Assembly (NCBI GenBank): GCA_963754875.1
Contig: CAVWHO010000001.1
Location: forward strand, 1-64,000
Direction of reading: 5' to 3'
DNA: 64,000 bases
Source of the DNA: Nitrospirota bacterium
GTDB taxonomy: Bacteria > Nitrospirota > UBA9217
Shown piece by piece: positions 10,980-22,018 of this stretch. The first letter of the stretch is position 1. Every line of letters starts with the position of its first letter. The translations under genes were made by a program, and so were the position numbers. The notes under the pieces were generated by a model. It searched no databases. It had not been told where the DNA came from and saw only the letters and a list, made by a program, of their open reading frames with translations.

Positions 10980-11162
10980 TCTCTAACCACGGATGAACGC
11001 TGGCGCGGCTTTTGCCGCGTACGCAGAAAAGGTTTGCGGGTTTTAAAACCAAGGCTTTGCATTTATCAGTGATGCGAAGCCCGTGTGAGCGCCCGCCTCG
11101 GTTCAAAATCAGCATATGACGCGGGCCGGGGAAGCTCCTGTGGTTCAATGTTCGAGGTCCTT

Positions 11163-12176
11163 ATGATCAAAGAAGCCATTGCAAAAGTCGTCGCGAAAAC
11201 GAACCTTACCGAGGCAGAAGCCGAGGCCGTGATGCGCGAGATCATGCAGGGAGAGGCAACGGACGCGCAGATTGCCGCCTACATTACGGCGCTCCGGATG
11301 AAGGGCGAGACCGTTGAGGAGATAACGGGTTCGGCCCGGGTCATGCGTGAAAAGGCCGTGCCGATCAAACTCGACGCAAAATACCAGGTCGATACCTGCG
11401 GCACGGGCGGCGACATGGCGCACACGTTCAATATTTCCACAACCGTTGCGTTTGTTGTCGCCGGCGCAGGAGTTACCGTGGCGAAGCACGGCAACCGTTC
11501 GGTTTCGAGCAAGAGCGGCAGCGCAGACGTGCTCCAGGCTCTCGGCGTCAACATCGAGATCCCTTCCCATCGGGTTGAAGAATGCATGAAAGAAGCGGGC
11601 ATCGGCTTCCTGTTCGCGCCTATGATGCATTTGGCCATGAAATACGCAATCGGCCCCCGGCGGGAGGTCGGTATTCGCACGATCTTCAATGTGCTGGGGC
11701 CGCTGACCAATCCGGCGAAAGTGACGTCGCAGATCATGGGCGTGTATGCGGCAGAACTCACCTCCTCCCTTGCGCAGGCCCTCGGCAATCTCGGCGCACG
11801 GCATGCCTTCGTGGTGCACGGCATGGATGGTTTAGACGAAATCACGATTACGGACAAAACAAAAGTCTCGGAGTTCAAAGACGGGAAAGTAAAAGACTAC
11901 TACATTCATCCTTCTGATTTCGGCATGTCCTGCGGCAAGGCGGAAGACCTTAAAGGCGGGGATGCTAAGGACAATGCAGCGATTACGGTAGAGGTCCTGA
12001 AAGGCCAGAAAGGAACCCGCCGGAATATCGTGCTCCTGAATGCTGCTGCCGGTCTTGTAGCTTCGGGCCGGGCTAATGACTTCAGCGAGGGCATCACAAT
12101 AGCCGCGGAAGCAATTGACTCGGGTTCTGCAATCAGGAAGCTGGAACAACTCAAGACGTTTACGAATAAAGCATAG
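11163..12176 (+). CDS. trpD: Anthranilate phosphoribosyltransferase
   Basis: DTCGTGGD, FNIST, KHGNRSVSSKSGSAD, GLDE. Confidence 0.97.
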   Translation: MIKEAIAKVVAKTNLTEAEAEAVMREIMQGEATDAQIAAYITALRMKGETVEEITGSARVMREKAVPIKLDAKYQVDTCGTGGDMAHTFNISTTVAFVVAGAGVTVAKHGNRSVSSKSGSADVLQALGVNIEIPSHRVEECMKEAGIGFLFAPMMHLAMKYAIGPRREVGIRTIFNVLGPLTNPAKVTSQIMGVYAAELTSSLAQALGNLGARHAFVVHGMDGLDEITITDKTKVSEFKDGKVKDYYIHPSDFGMSCGKAEDLKGGDAKDNAAITVEVLKGQKGTRRNIVLLNAAAGLVASGRANDFSEGITIAAEAIDSGSAIRKLEQLKTFTNKA

Positions 12177-12257
12177 GGGCCAGGGCCAAGGGGGCAGGGA
12201 CAGATAAGCGATCTGAATCCTGGACCCTGGACCCTGGACCCTGGACCCGGACCCTGT
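12176..12257. repeat. Heptamer-periodic inverted repeat element (trpD-trpC spacer)
   Basis: GGGGCCA GGGCCAA GGGGGCA GGGACAG ... (CCTGGAC) tandem x4, CCGGAC CCTGT. Confidence 0.8.
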
Positions 12258-12262
12258 ATCCC

Positions 12263-13042
12263 ATGATTTTGGACGACATCATCGCGAATAAAAAAGAGGA
12301 ACTGTCAGAGACCAAGCGCCGGTACCCTCTCGCAGATATCAAGGCCAGGGCTACTGATGCCGATTCGGTGCGGGGCTTCGGAAAAGCGCTTTCCGCGGGG
12401 ACCGGAATCCGGCTCATCGCCGAAGTAAAGAAGGCATCTCCTTCGAAAGGCGTGATCCGCGAGGACTTCGACCCAATCGCGATCGCCAGGACCTACGAGA
12501 AGTCCGGGGCTTCGTGCATTTCTGTTTTGACGGAGCAGAAGTTTTTTCAAGGAAAGCTCGAATATCTGGGTGCGATCCGGAAAACCGTCGGGCTCCCGCT
12601 TTTGCGCAAGGACTTCATCGTTGACGAGTACCAGATCCACGAAGCGCGGGCAGCAGGGGCTGACGCGATCCTGCTGATTGCCGCAGCTCTCGACAAGAGT
12701 CAGATGCAGGATTATATCGGGACCGCGAAACGACTCGGTCTCGACGTGCTGGTCGAGTCCCATACCTACAAGGAGCTGGACAAATCCCTTCTCGCGGGTG
12801 CGATGCTTGTGGGGATCAATAACCGGGACTTGACGACCTTCACCGTCAGTTTACAGACTACGCTCGACCTGGCGAAGGACATCCCCAATGACCGGACGAT
12901 TGTGAGCGAGAGCGGGATCAAGACGCGGGAAGATGTGAGGAAACTGCAGCAGGCAGGGGTGGATGCCATCCTGGTGGGTGAGAGCCTGATGCAGGAGAAG
13001 GATGTCGAGAAAAAAGTGAAGGAACTCTTGGGAAAGGAATGA
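12263..13042 (+). CDS. trpC: Indole-3-glycerol phosphate synthase
   Basis: IAEVKKASPSKG, ISVLTE, LRKDF, GINNRDL, SESGI. Confidence 0.97.
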   Translation: MILDDIIANKKEELSETKRRYPLADIKARATDADSVRGFGKALSAGTGIRLIAEVKKASPSKGVIREDFDPIAIARTYEKSGASCISVLTEQKFFQGKLEYLGAIRKTVGLPLLRKDFIVDEYQIHEARAAGADAILLIAAALDKSQMQDYIGTAKRLGLDVLVESHTYKELDKSLLAGAMLVGINNRDLTTFTVSLQTTLDLAKDIPNDRTIVSESGIKTREDVRKLQQAGVDAILVGESLMQEKDVEKKVKELLGKE

Positions 13043-13046
13043 TTGC

Positions 13047-13111
13047 AACCACAGGGGTCACAGAGAGCACAGAAGGGGGTATTTCCTCCGTGTTCTCTGT
13101 GTGCTCTGTGG
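13047..13111. repeat. Nonamer-periodic inverted repeat element (trpC-trpF spacer)
   Basis: CCACAGGGGT CACAGAGAG CACAGAAG ... CTCCGTGTT CTCTGTGTG CTCTGTGG. Confidence 0.8.
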
Positions 13112-13126
13112 CAGATCGTACAAATT

Positions 13127-13747
13127 ATGATAAAAATTAAAATCTGCGGAATCACCAATCTGGATGACGCGCTTGCGGCAGCTGATGCCGGTGCCGACGC
13201 ACTGGGGTTTAATTTCTACAAAAAGAGCCCGCGTTATATTGACCCGGAAAAGGCGGCTGAGATCATTGCCCAGCTTCCGCCTTTTGTCATGCCCGTCGGC
13301 GTTTTCGTGAACGAACGGGAGGAAAAGATCCAGGAGATCCAGCAGCTCACCTGCATGCAGGCCATCCAGCTGCACGGAGATGAAAGCCCGGAGTTCTGCC
13401 AGCGGTTCGGCGGCCGCGTGATCAAGGCCTTCCAGGTAAAAGATAAGGAAAGCATCAAGCATATGGCGCACTATCACGTCGGCGCGTTCCTTCTCGACAG
13501 CTACCGTGACGGCGTCCACGGCGGGACCGGCGAAACGTTCGACTGGCACCTGGCCGTAGTAGCCAAAACATTCGGCAAAGTGATCCTGGCGGGGGGGCTC
13601 AACCCGGAGAACGTGGCAGAGGCAGTGAAGCTCGTTCAACCTTACGGCGTCGACGTGGCAGGCGGCGTGGAGAAGGAAAAAGGGATCAAAGACCATGCAA
13701 AGATCAAAAAGTTTATTTCTGAAGTCCGGAGGGCGTCGCGGCCATGA
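13127..13747 (+). CDS. trpF: Phosphoribosylanthranilate isomerase
   Basis: [45 protein letters not shown]. Confidence 0.96.
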   Translation: MIKIKICGITNLDDALAAADAGADALGFNFYKKSPRYIDPEKAAEIIAQLPPFVMPVGVFVNEREEKIQEIQQLTCMQAIQLHGDESPEFCQRFGGRVIKAFQVKDKESIKHMAHYHVGAFLLDSYRDGVHGGTGETFDWHLAVVAKTFGKVILAGGLNPENVAEAVKLVQPYGVDVAGGVEKEKGIKDHAKIKKFISEVRRASRP

Positions 13748-14934
13748 GCATGCCGGATAAAAAAGGACATTACGGCATCTACGGCGGCAAGTTCGCACCG
13801 GAGACGCTCATGCCCGCGCTTGCAGAGCTCGAAGCCGCCTATCTTGCTGCGAAGAAGGACAAAGAGTTCCTGGCAGAGCTCGAGTTCTACAACCGCGAGT
13901 TCATCGGCAGGCCCACGCCGCTTTATTTCGCGAAGAGGCTCACCGAGCATTTAGGCGGCGCAAAGATCTACTTGAAGCGAGAGGACCTCTGCCACACCGG
14001 CGCGCACAAGATCAATAACTCCCTGGCCCAGGTCTTGCTCGCCAAACGCATGGGCAAGACCCGCGTCGTTGCCGAGACGGGCGCAGGCCAGCACGGGGTG
14101 GCCACGGCCACGGCTGCGGCCATGTTCGGCCTCGACTGCGAGGTCTACATGGGCACCGAAGATGTGGCGCGCCAGTCCCTGAACGTTTTTCGCATGAAGC
14201 TTCTGGGCACGACGGTGCGTCCCGTAGACCTCGGAAGCAAAACGCTGAAAGACGCGATCAACGAGGCCATGCGCGACTGGATCACGAATGTGGGGAATAC
14301 CCATTACGTGCTCGGCACGGTCTTCGGTCCCCATCCCTTTCCCATGATGGTCCGGGACTTTCAGTCCGTGATCGGCCGCGAGGCGAAAAAACAGATCATG
14401 AAGTTCGAGGGAAAGCTTCCTGATGCCATGATTGCCTGCGTTGGCGGCGGTTCGAACGCCATGGGCCTGTTCTATGAGTTTCTCGGCGATGCTTCGGTAA
14501 AGATGTACGGCATCGAAGCAGGGGGCCTCGGGATCGAGCGCGGAAAGCACGCTGCCCGGTTCGCCGGCGGTTCGCTCGGCGTACTCCAGGGGTCCAAGAC
14601 TTTCATCCTCCAGGATGAACAGGGGCAGATCGAACTTACCCATTCCGTGTCCGCGGGTCTGGATTACGCGGCCGTGGGGCCCGAGCATGCGTTCTATCAC
14701 GATTCCGGTCGCATCGAGTACACCTATGCCATAGACGAGGAGGCCATGGAGGCCTTCGACCTTCTCTCGCGTCTCGAAGGCATTATCCCGGCGCTGGAAA
14801 GCGCGCACGCAGTCGCGTATTGCCTGAAACTGGCGCCCACCCTCGGCAAGGACAAGGTAGTCATCGTGAACCTCTCGGGCCGCGGCGACAAGGACGTGAT
14901 GCAGGTGGCGAAGATCAAGGGAGTGGAGCTGTAA
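13744..14934 (+). CDS. trpB: Tryptophan synthase beta chain
   Basis: [50 protein letters not shown] overlap with trpF. Confidence 0.98.
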   Translation: MSMPDKKGHYGIYGGKFAPETLMPALAELEAAYLAAKKDKEFLAELEFYNREFIGRPTPLYFAKRLTEHLGGAKIYLKREDLCHTGAHKINNSLAQVLLAKRMGKTRVVAETGAGQHGVATATAAAMFGLDCEVYMGTEDVARQSLNVFRMKLLGTTVRPVDLGSKTLKDAINEAMRDWITNVGNTHYVLGTVFGPHPFPMMVRDFQSVIGREAKKQIMKFEGKLPDAMIACVGGGSNAMGLFYEFLGDASVKMYGIEAGGLGIERGKHAARFAGGSLGVLQGSKTFILQDEQGQIELTHSVSAGLDYAAVGPEHAFYHDSGRIEYTYAIDEEAMEAFDLLSRLEGIIPALESAHAVAYCLKLAPTLGKDKVVIVNLSGRGDKDVMQVAKIKGVEL

Positions 14935-15031
14935 GTAGTGCCGAATGCACCCTGTACTCGCGCCTTGCACTCGTGAGCGCGGGTGTAAACGGATTTCGGA
15001 ACGGGAAACTGATCCGGTCATCAGAGGATAT

Positions 15032-15844
15032 ATGTCGAGAATAAAAAATACTTTCAATCGGCTGAAAAAAAAAGGCGAGACCGCCCTCATCCCCTACGTC
15101 ATGGCAGGAGATCCTGACCTTGCCACGACGAAAACGCTCATCCTCGAGATGGAAAAGGCAGGCTGTGATATCATCGAGCTCGGCGCGCCGTTTTCCGATC
15201 CTCTGGCTGACGGGCCGACGATCCAGAAAGCGGCGATACGGTCGCTTAAGCATCATACGAGCGTTGCCGACGTGCTCGGACTCGTTGCCGACGTTCGCAC
15301 GAGCAGCAAGATCCCGCTCATTCTGATGACCTACTACAACCTGATCTTTCATTACGGCGAAGAGCGTTTTGTCCGCGACGCTGTGGCCTCCGGACTGGAT
15401 GGCATCATTCTGCCGGACCTTCCCCCTGAAGAGGCCGGCCTCCTGATGCCGCTTGCAAAGAAAGCGGGGCTGGACACGATATTCCTGCTGGCGCCGACGA
15501 GCACCGGGGACCGGATCAAGCTCGTGTGCAAGGTCAGCCAGGGGTTTGTCTATTACGTGTCGCTCACCGGCGTGACCGGCGCACGGGCCGGGGTCCAGAG
15601 TTCGATCGAAGCATCGCTCAAAAAGATCAAGGCCGCCACGGACAAGCCCGTTGCCGTGGGCTTCGGCATCTCGACCCCCGACCAGGCGGCTCAGATCGCC
15701 CACTGGGGCGCGGACGGGATCATCGTTGGAAGCGCGCTCGTCAAAGTGATCGAAGAGCATTCAGGTACGCCCGAACTGGTGCCGCGCGCAGTGAATTTTG
15801 CGCGGGCACTGAAACAGGGAGTGCTTGCAGGACATGGCAACTAA
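15032..15844 (+). CDS. trpA: Tryptophan synthase alpha chain
   Basis: ELGAPFSDPLADGPTIQ, DLPPEE, YVSLTGVTG, VGFGIS, IVGSA. Confidence 0.97.
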   Translation: MSRIKNTFNRLKKKGETALIPYVMAGDPDLATTKTLILEMEKAGCDIIELGAPFSDPLADGPTIQKAAIRSLKHHTSVADVLGLVADVRTSSKIPLILMTYYNLIFHYGEERFVRDAVASGLDGIILPDLPPEEAGLLMPLAKKAGLDTIFLLAPTSTGDRIKLVCKVSQGFVYYVSLTGVTGARAGVQSSIEASLKKIKAATDKPVAVGFGISTPDQAAQIAHWGADGIIVGSALVKVIEEHSGTPELVPRAVNFARALKQGVLAGHGN

Positions 15845-16069
15845 AAAAGGGAAGACAAGCACCGCGGACTGAAGGGTGAAGATATTCCCATCGACCCTAT
15901 TGGTCCAGGCAACCGGTGAAGAAACGGCATCTTTTGTAAGGATGCAGAGGTCGCAACGTCGAATTTACACGGGGATCCCGGATCTGCTAAGGTTTTTTGC
16001 GTCTCTGCGAGAACGGCTCCTTGCATTTCGACAAGAACTGAATTTACAGTCACTGAAGAGGGGGCATGC

Positions 16070-16714
16070 ATGAGCGACATTCAGGCGCAGCTTTTTTCAC
16101 GATTCGGTAGAAAATTTCCTGCGAATACGGTACTTTTCCACGAAGGTGATGTCGGGGAAAACATGTATATCATCCAGTCCGGGCGAGTCAAGATCAGCAA
16201 ACGGATCCGCGGCGTGGAAAAGACCCTCGCCACCCTCGAAAAGGGGGAGTTCCTCGGCGAGATGGCCATCTTGAATGACAAGCCGCGCTCGGCCTCGGCA
16301 GAAACGCTCGATGAATGCGAAATGCTGGTCATCGACCGCAAAACATTCGACGCTCTGATCCGCGGAAATGTAGAGATCGCCGTAAGGTTCATTAAACGCC
16401 TGGCTGACCGGCTGCGTGAAACCAACGATCAGATGGAAGCCTTGATGATCAAGGACAATACCAGCCGTCTCGTGAGCATTCTTGCCAAACACGTGCGGGA
16501 ACAGAAAAAAGCCGGTGAGTTCAGCATGACCATTGAAGACCTGGCGGGCCTCGCCGGCATAGAAGCGGCACAGGCACGGTCGATCCTGGAGAAGCTTGCA
16601 AGCGTCCGGATCATCGAAGTCGTCGGTGAGAAGATACACATCAGGGACCAGGACCAGGTCGACCGGCTGCTGCGCTATCTGGAAATGCGGGAAATATTCG
16701 GCGAAATGGTGTGA
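16070..16714 (+). CDS. Crp/Fnr-family cyclic-nucleotide-binding regulator
   Basis: LFHEGD..MYIIQSG, FLGEMAIL..PRSASA cNMP pocket; C-terminal HTH-like segment. Confidence 0.88.
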   Translation: MSDIQAQLFSRFGRKFPANTVLFHEGDVGENMYIIQSGRVKISKRIRGVEKTLATLEKGEFLGEMAILNDKPRSASAETLDECEMLVIDRKTFDALIRGNVEIAVRFIKRLADRLRETNDQMEALMIKDNTSRLVSILAKHVREQKKAGEFSMTIEDLAGLAGIEAAQARSILEKLASVRIIEVVGEKIHIRDQDQVDRLLRYLEMREIFGEMV

Positions 16715-16772
16715 AAAACAGGGGAGAGCAGGCGGCATGCAGGCCGGACCTTTCTCCTGAATCGATGGAGTT

Positions 16773-18671
16773 ATGATGAGGCAAAAAGCCGGTAAAGGCG
16801 CGGGTATCATCATAGCACTGATTGTGGCCGCAGTATTGTCGATGTTCTACCTGAGCAATGCGCGGCTCTTTAACGTGCTGGAAGAGAAGGCCCTCGATAT
16901 GCGGTTCACGATGCGGGGGAAGATCGCCCCGGGCCCCGAGACCGTCATCGCGGCGATCGACGAGAAGAGTATCAACAAACTCGGGCGCTTTCCCTGGCCC
17001 CGGTCCGTGTGGGCCCGCGTGGTAGACCGTTTAACGGAAGACGGAGCCAAGGTCATCGTGTTCGACGTATTCTTTACGGAGGCCGAGAATGCGAAGTCCG
17101 ATGACCTGCTGCAGCAGGCCATCCGGAGAAGCGGTCGGGTAATCCTTCCCGTGGTATTTGATTTCACGAAAGCCGGCTTCAAGGAAACGGGTTTCACCGA
17201 CAAAAAACTGGACTTCATGACCTTCTCTTCCTACGCTGTTCTTAAACATGCCGATGAACCGTTTTCACCATTGAAAGCGGAAATCGTGCTGCCGCCGCTT
17301 TACCGGTTTTCTTCGGTCGCGGAATCACTCGCGCATATCAATATGGTCTCGGACGACGACGGTACGCTCCGTTGGGAGATGCTCGCCATCGCATACCAGG
17401 GGGACTACTATGCACCCATCGGTCTGCAGGCTGCTCGGCTCTACCGGGGGTTGAAAAGCGAGGACCTCGCACTCGATTACCAGGGAGGGGTCAGCTTCGG
17501 CGATACGTCCATCCCGACCGATGAGCATGGACGAATGCTTATCAATTACCGCGGCCCGACCGGGACGTTCCCCACATATTCAATTGCCGATATTTACGAC
17601 CGGGCAATGCCCGCAGGAACGTTCAAAGACAAGATCGTCCTGATCGGCGCAACAGCCATGGGTATCTTCGACCTTCGCGTCACGCCGTTCTCGAACAACA
17701 TGCCGGGGATCGAAAAGCACGCCAGCGTGGTAGATAATATCCTGCACCGGGACTTCCTCTACCATACAGAATTCAGCGTTCCCGTGCTTATCGTCCTGTT
17801 TGCGATGGTGCTTGGTTTTGCGATCCCCCGGCTCGGTGCAAAAGCGGGAGCGTCTCTTTTCCTTGTCCTGTTCGCCGGCTACCTGGGATTTGTCTATTAC
17901 CTGTTCGTAGCCAAGGGAATCTGGTTCAACCTGGTTTACCCGGCCTCGGCCCTGTTCTTCGGCTACACGAGCCAGACCGCGTACCGGTTCTTCATGGAAG
18001 AACGGCGGGCGCGGGACATCCGCAAAATGTTCTCGAGCTATGTGTCAAAGCGGATCGTGGACGAACTCATCAGGGACCCGAGCAAGACAAAGCTCGGTGG
18101 AGACCGTAAGGAGATCACGGTGCTCTTTTCCGATATCCGGGGGTTTACCTCCTTTTCCGAGAAGCACGAGCCCGAGGAAGTGGTTTCGCTCTTGAACGAA
18201 TACCTGGGCGCAATGACGGAGATCGTGTTCGAGTACGAAGGGACGCTGGATAAGTTCGTGGGAGACGCCATCATGGCCCTCTGGGGAGCGCCCATAGGCC
18301 AGCCGGACCATGCGGAACGCGCAGTCCGGTGCGCCGTGGCCATGATCGCCAAGCTTAAACAACTGCAGGCGAAGTGGGCCTCCGAAGGAAGGTATGTCAT
18401 CGATATCGGGGTCGGGATCAATACGGGCGACATGGTGGTCGGCAACATGGGGGCCGAGGGCAAAAAGATGGACTACACTGTGATCGGTGACAACGTGAAC
18501 CTCGGCGCACGCTTAGAAGGCTTGACAAGAAAGTACAATAATCATATCATCATATCGGAATATACCTATGAAAAGGTCAAGGACATCGTTGAGGCCAAGG
18601 AACTCGATTCCGTGACCGTTAAGGGAAAAGAAAATCCCGTGGTGGTGTATGACCTCATCGGGGTGAAGTAG
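16773..18671 (+). CDS. CHASE2-domain class III adenylate cyclase
   Basis: CHASE2 (AIDEKS..PWPR..FDVFF, DGTLR, KIVLIG, MPGIE), three TM segments, LFSDIRGFT, LDKFVGDAIMA, DYTVIGDNVNLGARLE (K/T residues typical of ATP specificity). Confidence 0.92.
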   Translation: MMRQKAGKGAGIIIALIVAAVLSMFYLSNARLFNVLEEKALDMRFTMRGKIAPGPETVIAAIDEKSINKLGRFPWPRSVWARVVDRLTEDGAKVIVFDVFFTEAENAKSDDLLQQAIRRSGRVILPVVFDFTKAGFKETGFTDKKLDFMTFSSYAVLKHADEPFSPLKAEIVLPPLYRFSSVAESLAHINMVSDDDGTLRWEMLAIAYQGDYYAPIGLQAARLYRGLKSEDLALDYQGGVSFGDTSIPTDEHGRMLINYRGPTGTFPTYSIADIYDRAMPAGTFKDKIVLIGATAMGIFDLRVTPFSNNMPGIEKHASVVDNILHRDFLYHTEFSVPVLIVLFAMVLGFAIPRLGAKAGASLFLVLFAGYLGFVYYLFVAKGIWFNLVYPASALFFGYTSQTAYRFFMEERRARDIRKMFSSYVSKRIVDELIRDPSKTKLGGDRKEITVLFSDIRGFTSFSEKHEPEEVVSLLNEYLGAMTEIVFEYEGTLDKFVGDAIMALWGAPIGQPDHAERAVRCAVAMIAKLKQLQAKWASEGRYVIDIGVGINTGDMVVGNMGAEGKKMDYTVIGDNVNLGARLEGLTRKYNNHIIISEYTYEKVKDIVEAKELDSVTVKGKENPVVVYDLIGVK

Positions 18672-18720
18672 CAATCAGGCGGAGAGGATCAACTACCGCA
18701 TAATTCGCAGAGGAGGGTGA

Positions 18721-19488
18721 ATGAAGGTAAAAATTCTGGGTTGCTCCGGTTCCGAGACGATCGGCCACATGCCCCCCGGTTTCCTGGTCAACGATGTAAT
18801 GATGCTGGACGCCGGCACGATAACTGCCGCGCTCAGCATCGAAGCGCAGAGCAGGATCACCGATATCCTCATCAGCCACACGCATCTCGACCACATCAAG
18901 TCAGTCATGTTCCTGGCGGACAATATTATCGGCCGCATCAGGAAACCGGTAAATATCCATGCCATCCCGAAGGTCCTCGACGCAATCCGGAAACACCTGA
19001 TGAACGATATCATCTGGCCCGATTTCACCAGGATCCCGACTGCGAAGAATCCCGTGCTTGCCTACGCGCCGATGCCGCTCGGCAAGACGGTGAGCATCGC
19101 CGGATTGAAAGTCAAGGCAATTCCCATGAACCACCCTGTCCCAGCGGTCGGGTTCCTCGTAAGTGACGGGAAGTCGTCATTTCTCTACAGCGCGGACACG
19201 GGGCCGAACGAAGGGCTCTGGAAGGAAGCGGTGAAGGCCAAAAACCTTTCGGCGATCATCGTTGATACGTCTTTCCCGAACAACCTTGACGGCATCGCCA
19301 CCCTGAGCGGTCACTTCACGCCTGCCCAACTTCATCAGGACCTTACCAGGGCAAAGATCGGCGTTGACGTACCGGTCTATATCTACCATGTAAAACCGGT
19401 CCATAAAAAGAAGGTCATCAGCGAATTGAAGGGATTAGGAAGAAAAAACGTGAAGATCCTGATGGAAGGGAAGACGTATAATTTCTGA
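18721..19488 (+). CDS. Metallo-beta-lactamase-fold (class II) 3',5'-cyclic-nucleotide phosphodiesterase
   Basis: LDAGT, SHTHLDHI, NDIIWPDF, HPVP, ADTG, SFPN, GHFTP, YHVK. Confidence 0.8.
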   Translation: MKVKILGCSGSETIGHMPPGFLVNDVMMLDAGTITAALSIEAQSRITDILISHTHLDHIKSVMFLADNIIGRIRKPVNIHAIPKVLDAIRKHLMNDIIWPDFTRIPTAKNPVLAYAPMPLGKTVSIAGLKVKAIPMNHPVPAVGFLVSDGKSSFLYSADTGPNEGLWKEAVKAKNLSAIIVDTSFPNNLDGIATLSGHFTPAQLHQDLTRAKIGVDVPVYIYHVKPVHKKKVISELKGLGRKNVKILMEGKTYNF

Positions 19489-19529
19489 CCAAGTTCAGTG
19501 TGCGGAAGAGTTACACTTGAAGGAGTATT

Positions 19530-20372
19530 ATGGTTTGGTTCAAAAAAGAACGACCCGAGAGCGCTGCACCGGAGCCCCCTGCAAAAAAAGTGAAGATCCC
19601 CGAGGGGCTCTGGGTAAAATGCGATAACTGCAAAGAGATCATTTACCGCAAAGAAGTCGAGAAGAACTTCAAGGTCTGTCCCAAATGCGACTATCATTTC
19701 CGCATCTCAGCGTCGGAGCGGCTGCCCTATCTTGTTGATGAAGGAAGCTTCCTCGAAGTGGAGGACGGCCTTTCCCCCCGGGATTTTCTGTCCTTTAAGG
19801 ACTACAGGGACAAACTCAAGAGCAGCCGCAAGAAGACGGGGCTCAAGGACGCAGTCATCTCCGGCGAAGCAAAGATCGGCGGCAAGCAAGTTTCGATCGT
19901 GATCATGGATTTCAACTTCATGGGCGGCAGCATGGGCTCCGTGGTTGGCGAGAAGATCGCCCGCGCCGTGGAACGGGCCATTGAAAATCACACACCCTTT
20001 GTTTCGGTCGCGTCATCGGGCGGCGCCCGCATGCAAGAGGGCATCCTCTCGCTCATGCAAATGGCAAAGACATCGGCCGCCGTGGCCCGTCTCGGCCAGG
20101 CCGGGCTTCCCTTCATCTCGGTATTAACGGACCCGACCTTCGGCGGCGTTACTGCGAGCTTCGCCATGCTCGGCGACATCATTGTTGCAGAGCCCAAGAG
20201 CCTTATCGGGTTTGCCGGGCCGCGCGTCATCGAGCAGACGATCAAACAGCAGCTGCCCGCGGGCTTCCAACGAGCAGAGTTCCAGCTCGAGCACGGCATG
20301 ATCGATATGATCATCCCGCGCAAGGAGATGCGCGCGACGCTCGGCAAGGTCCTTGAATTCTTTGCCGCCTAG
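19530..20372 (+). CDS. accD: Acetyl-CoA carboxylase carboxyltransferase beta subunit
   Basis: WVKCDNC..CPKC zinc finger, FMGGSMGSVVGEK, SGGARMQEG, GFAGPRVIEQT. Confidence 0.97.
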   Translation: MVWFKKERPESAAPEPPAKKVKIPEGLWVKCDNCKEIIYRKEVEKNFKVCPKCDYHFRISASERLPYLVDEGSFLEVEDGLSPRDFLSFKDYRDKLKSSRKKTGLKDAVISGEAKIGGKQVSIVIMDFNFMGGSMGSVVGEKIARAVERAIENHTPFVSVASSGGARMQEGILSLMQMAKTSAAVARLGQAGLPFISVLTDPTFGGVTASFAMLGDIIVAEPKSLIGFAGPRVIEQTIKQQLPAGFQRAEFQLEHGMIDMIIPRKEMRATLGKVLEFFAA

Positions 20373-20378
20373 CTTACC

Positions 20379-20597
20379 ATGAATCAAATGGCAAAAATGC
20401 TGATTCTCCTCGGCGCGGTTCTGATCGTCATAGGCCTTGTTTTGCTCCTGCTCCAGAAAACCCCGTTCCTGGGCAAGCTTCCCGGGGACATCCTGATCAG
20501 GCGGGAAAATGTTACGTTCTATTTTCCGCTGGCCACAAGCATCGTCATCAGTATTATCGTCAGCCTTATCCTCTACCTCATCGGGAAGTTCAGATAG
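20379..20597 (+). CDS. DUF2905-like small membrane protein
   Basis: LGKLPGDI...FYFPLATSIVIS between two TM segments. Confidence 0.85.
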   Translation: MNQMAKMLILLGAVLIVIGLVLLLLQKTPFLGKLPGDILIRRENVTFYFPLATSIVISIIVSLILYLIGKFR

Positions 20598-20643
20598 GAG
20601 TTGCGCCTGCCGGGAACTTGCTGCAAGCCGGGCGGCTCATTGT

Positions 20644-22015
20644 ATGAATGACGACGCAGTAAAACGCCCGGCCCTCCTTATTGCCGTTCTTGCCTCATTC
20701 CTTACGCCGTTCATGGTCTCATCGATCAACATCGCGTTGCCTGCAATCGGACGGGATTTTCACATGAGCGCGATCGCCATGAGCTGGGTCCCGACGTCCT
20801 ACCTCCTGTCAGCGGCCATGTTCTTGGTCCCCTTCGGCAGAATCGCCGACATATACGGCAGGAAAAGAATTTTTTCCTACGGCATCAGGATTTACACGCT
20901 GGCGGCACTGCTCCTGGCACTCTCTCCCTCGGCCACGTTCCTCCTTGTTTTTCGCATGACTCGAGGGCTTCGGCGGGGCCATGATCTTCGGCACGGGCAT
21001 CGCGATCGTGACGTCAGTGTTCCCGCCGGGCGAGCGCGGAAGGGTGCTCGGGATCAACGTTGCCGCCATCTATCTCGGGCTATCGCTCGGCCCTGTCCTC
21101 GGCGGGTTCCTTACCCAGCAGCTTGGATGGAGGAGCATCTTTTTGACGAATATTCCTGTGGGGCTGCTCGTGATTTTTCTGCTCGCGACCAAACTGAAGG
21201 GAGAGTGGGCCGGCTCGCAGGGTGAGAAGTTCGACCGGGCAGGCGCCGTAGTCTACGGCGGTGCGCTCGCGGCTTTCATGTATGGACTCTCTCGCCTGCC
21301 GGAACATTCCGGCATCGGGCTCGTTCTCGCCGGGATCATGGGCATGGCTTTTTTCGTTCGCCGGGAGATGAAAGTCGAAAGTCCTCTCCTGAACATGAGT
21401 CTTTTCGCCGGCAATGCGGCATTCGCCTTTTCCAACCTGGCTGCCTTGATCAACTACAGTGCAACCTTTGCCGTTACGTTCCTGATGAGCCTGTACCTGC
21501 AGTACGTCAAGGGCTTCACACCCCAGCACGCCGGTTTTATCCTCGTTTTCCAGCCGGTCATCATGGCCCTTTTTTCCCCTTTTGCCGGCCGTCTGTCTGA
21601 TAAAATAGAGCCGCGGGTCGTGGCTTCGGTCGGCATGGGCTTTACAGCAGCCGGCCTTTTCCTGTTCACGCTCATCGGGCGCGAGACCCACCTAGGGTTC
21701 ATCATAGTGGGATTGATGCTGCTCGGCTTCGGCTTTGCCCTCTTCTCTTCGCCGAACACGAACGCCGTTATGAGCTCCATTGACAAGCGGTTCTACGGCG
21801 TGGGGTCCGCAATCCTCGGCACCATGCGGCTCACCGGCCAGATGCTCTCCATGGGAATCGCCATGGTCATTTTTGCGCTCCATATAGGCAGCGCCCGCAT
21901 CACGCCCGAAAACTATGCAGTCTTTCTGACCAGCATGAAAACGGCATTTGTCATTTTTGCTTCCCTCTGTTGTGCCGGCATTTTTGCGTCCCTGGCGAGG
22001 GGAAAGGTGAGGTGA
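20644..22015 (+). CDS. MFS drug-efflux-type transporter (DHA2-like), frameshift near 20955-20965
   Basis: SINIALPAI and GRIADIYGRKR in ORF 20509..21225 continue as GFGGAMIF..FPPGERG..GPVLGG in ORF 20981..22015. Confidence 0.88.
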
Positions 22016-22018
22016 TCT

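Noticed and set aside
15876..16073. 65-aa ORF between trpA and the Crp gene
   Set aside because: No recognisable features; more likely promoter-containing spacer.
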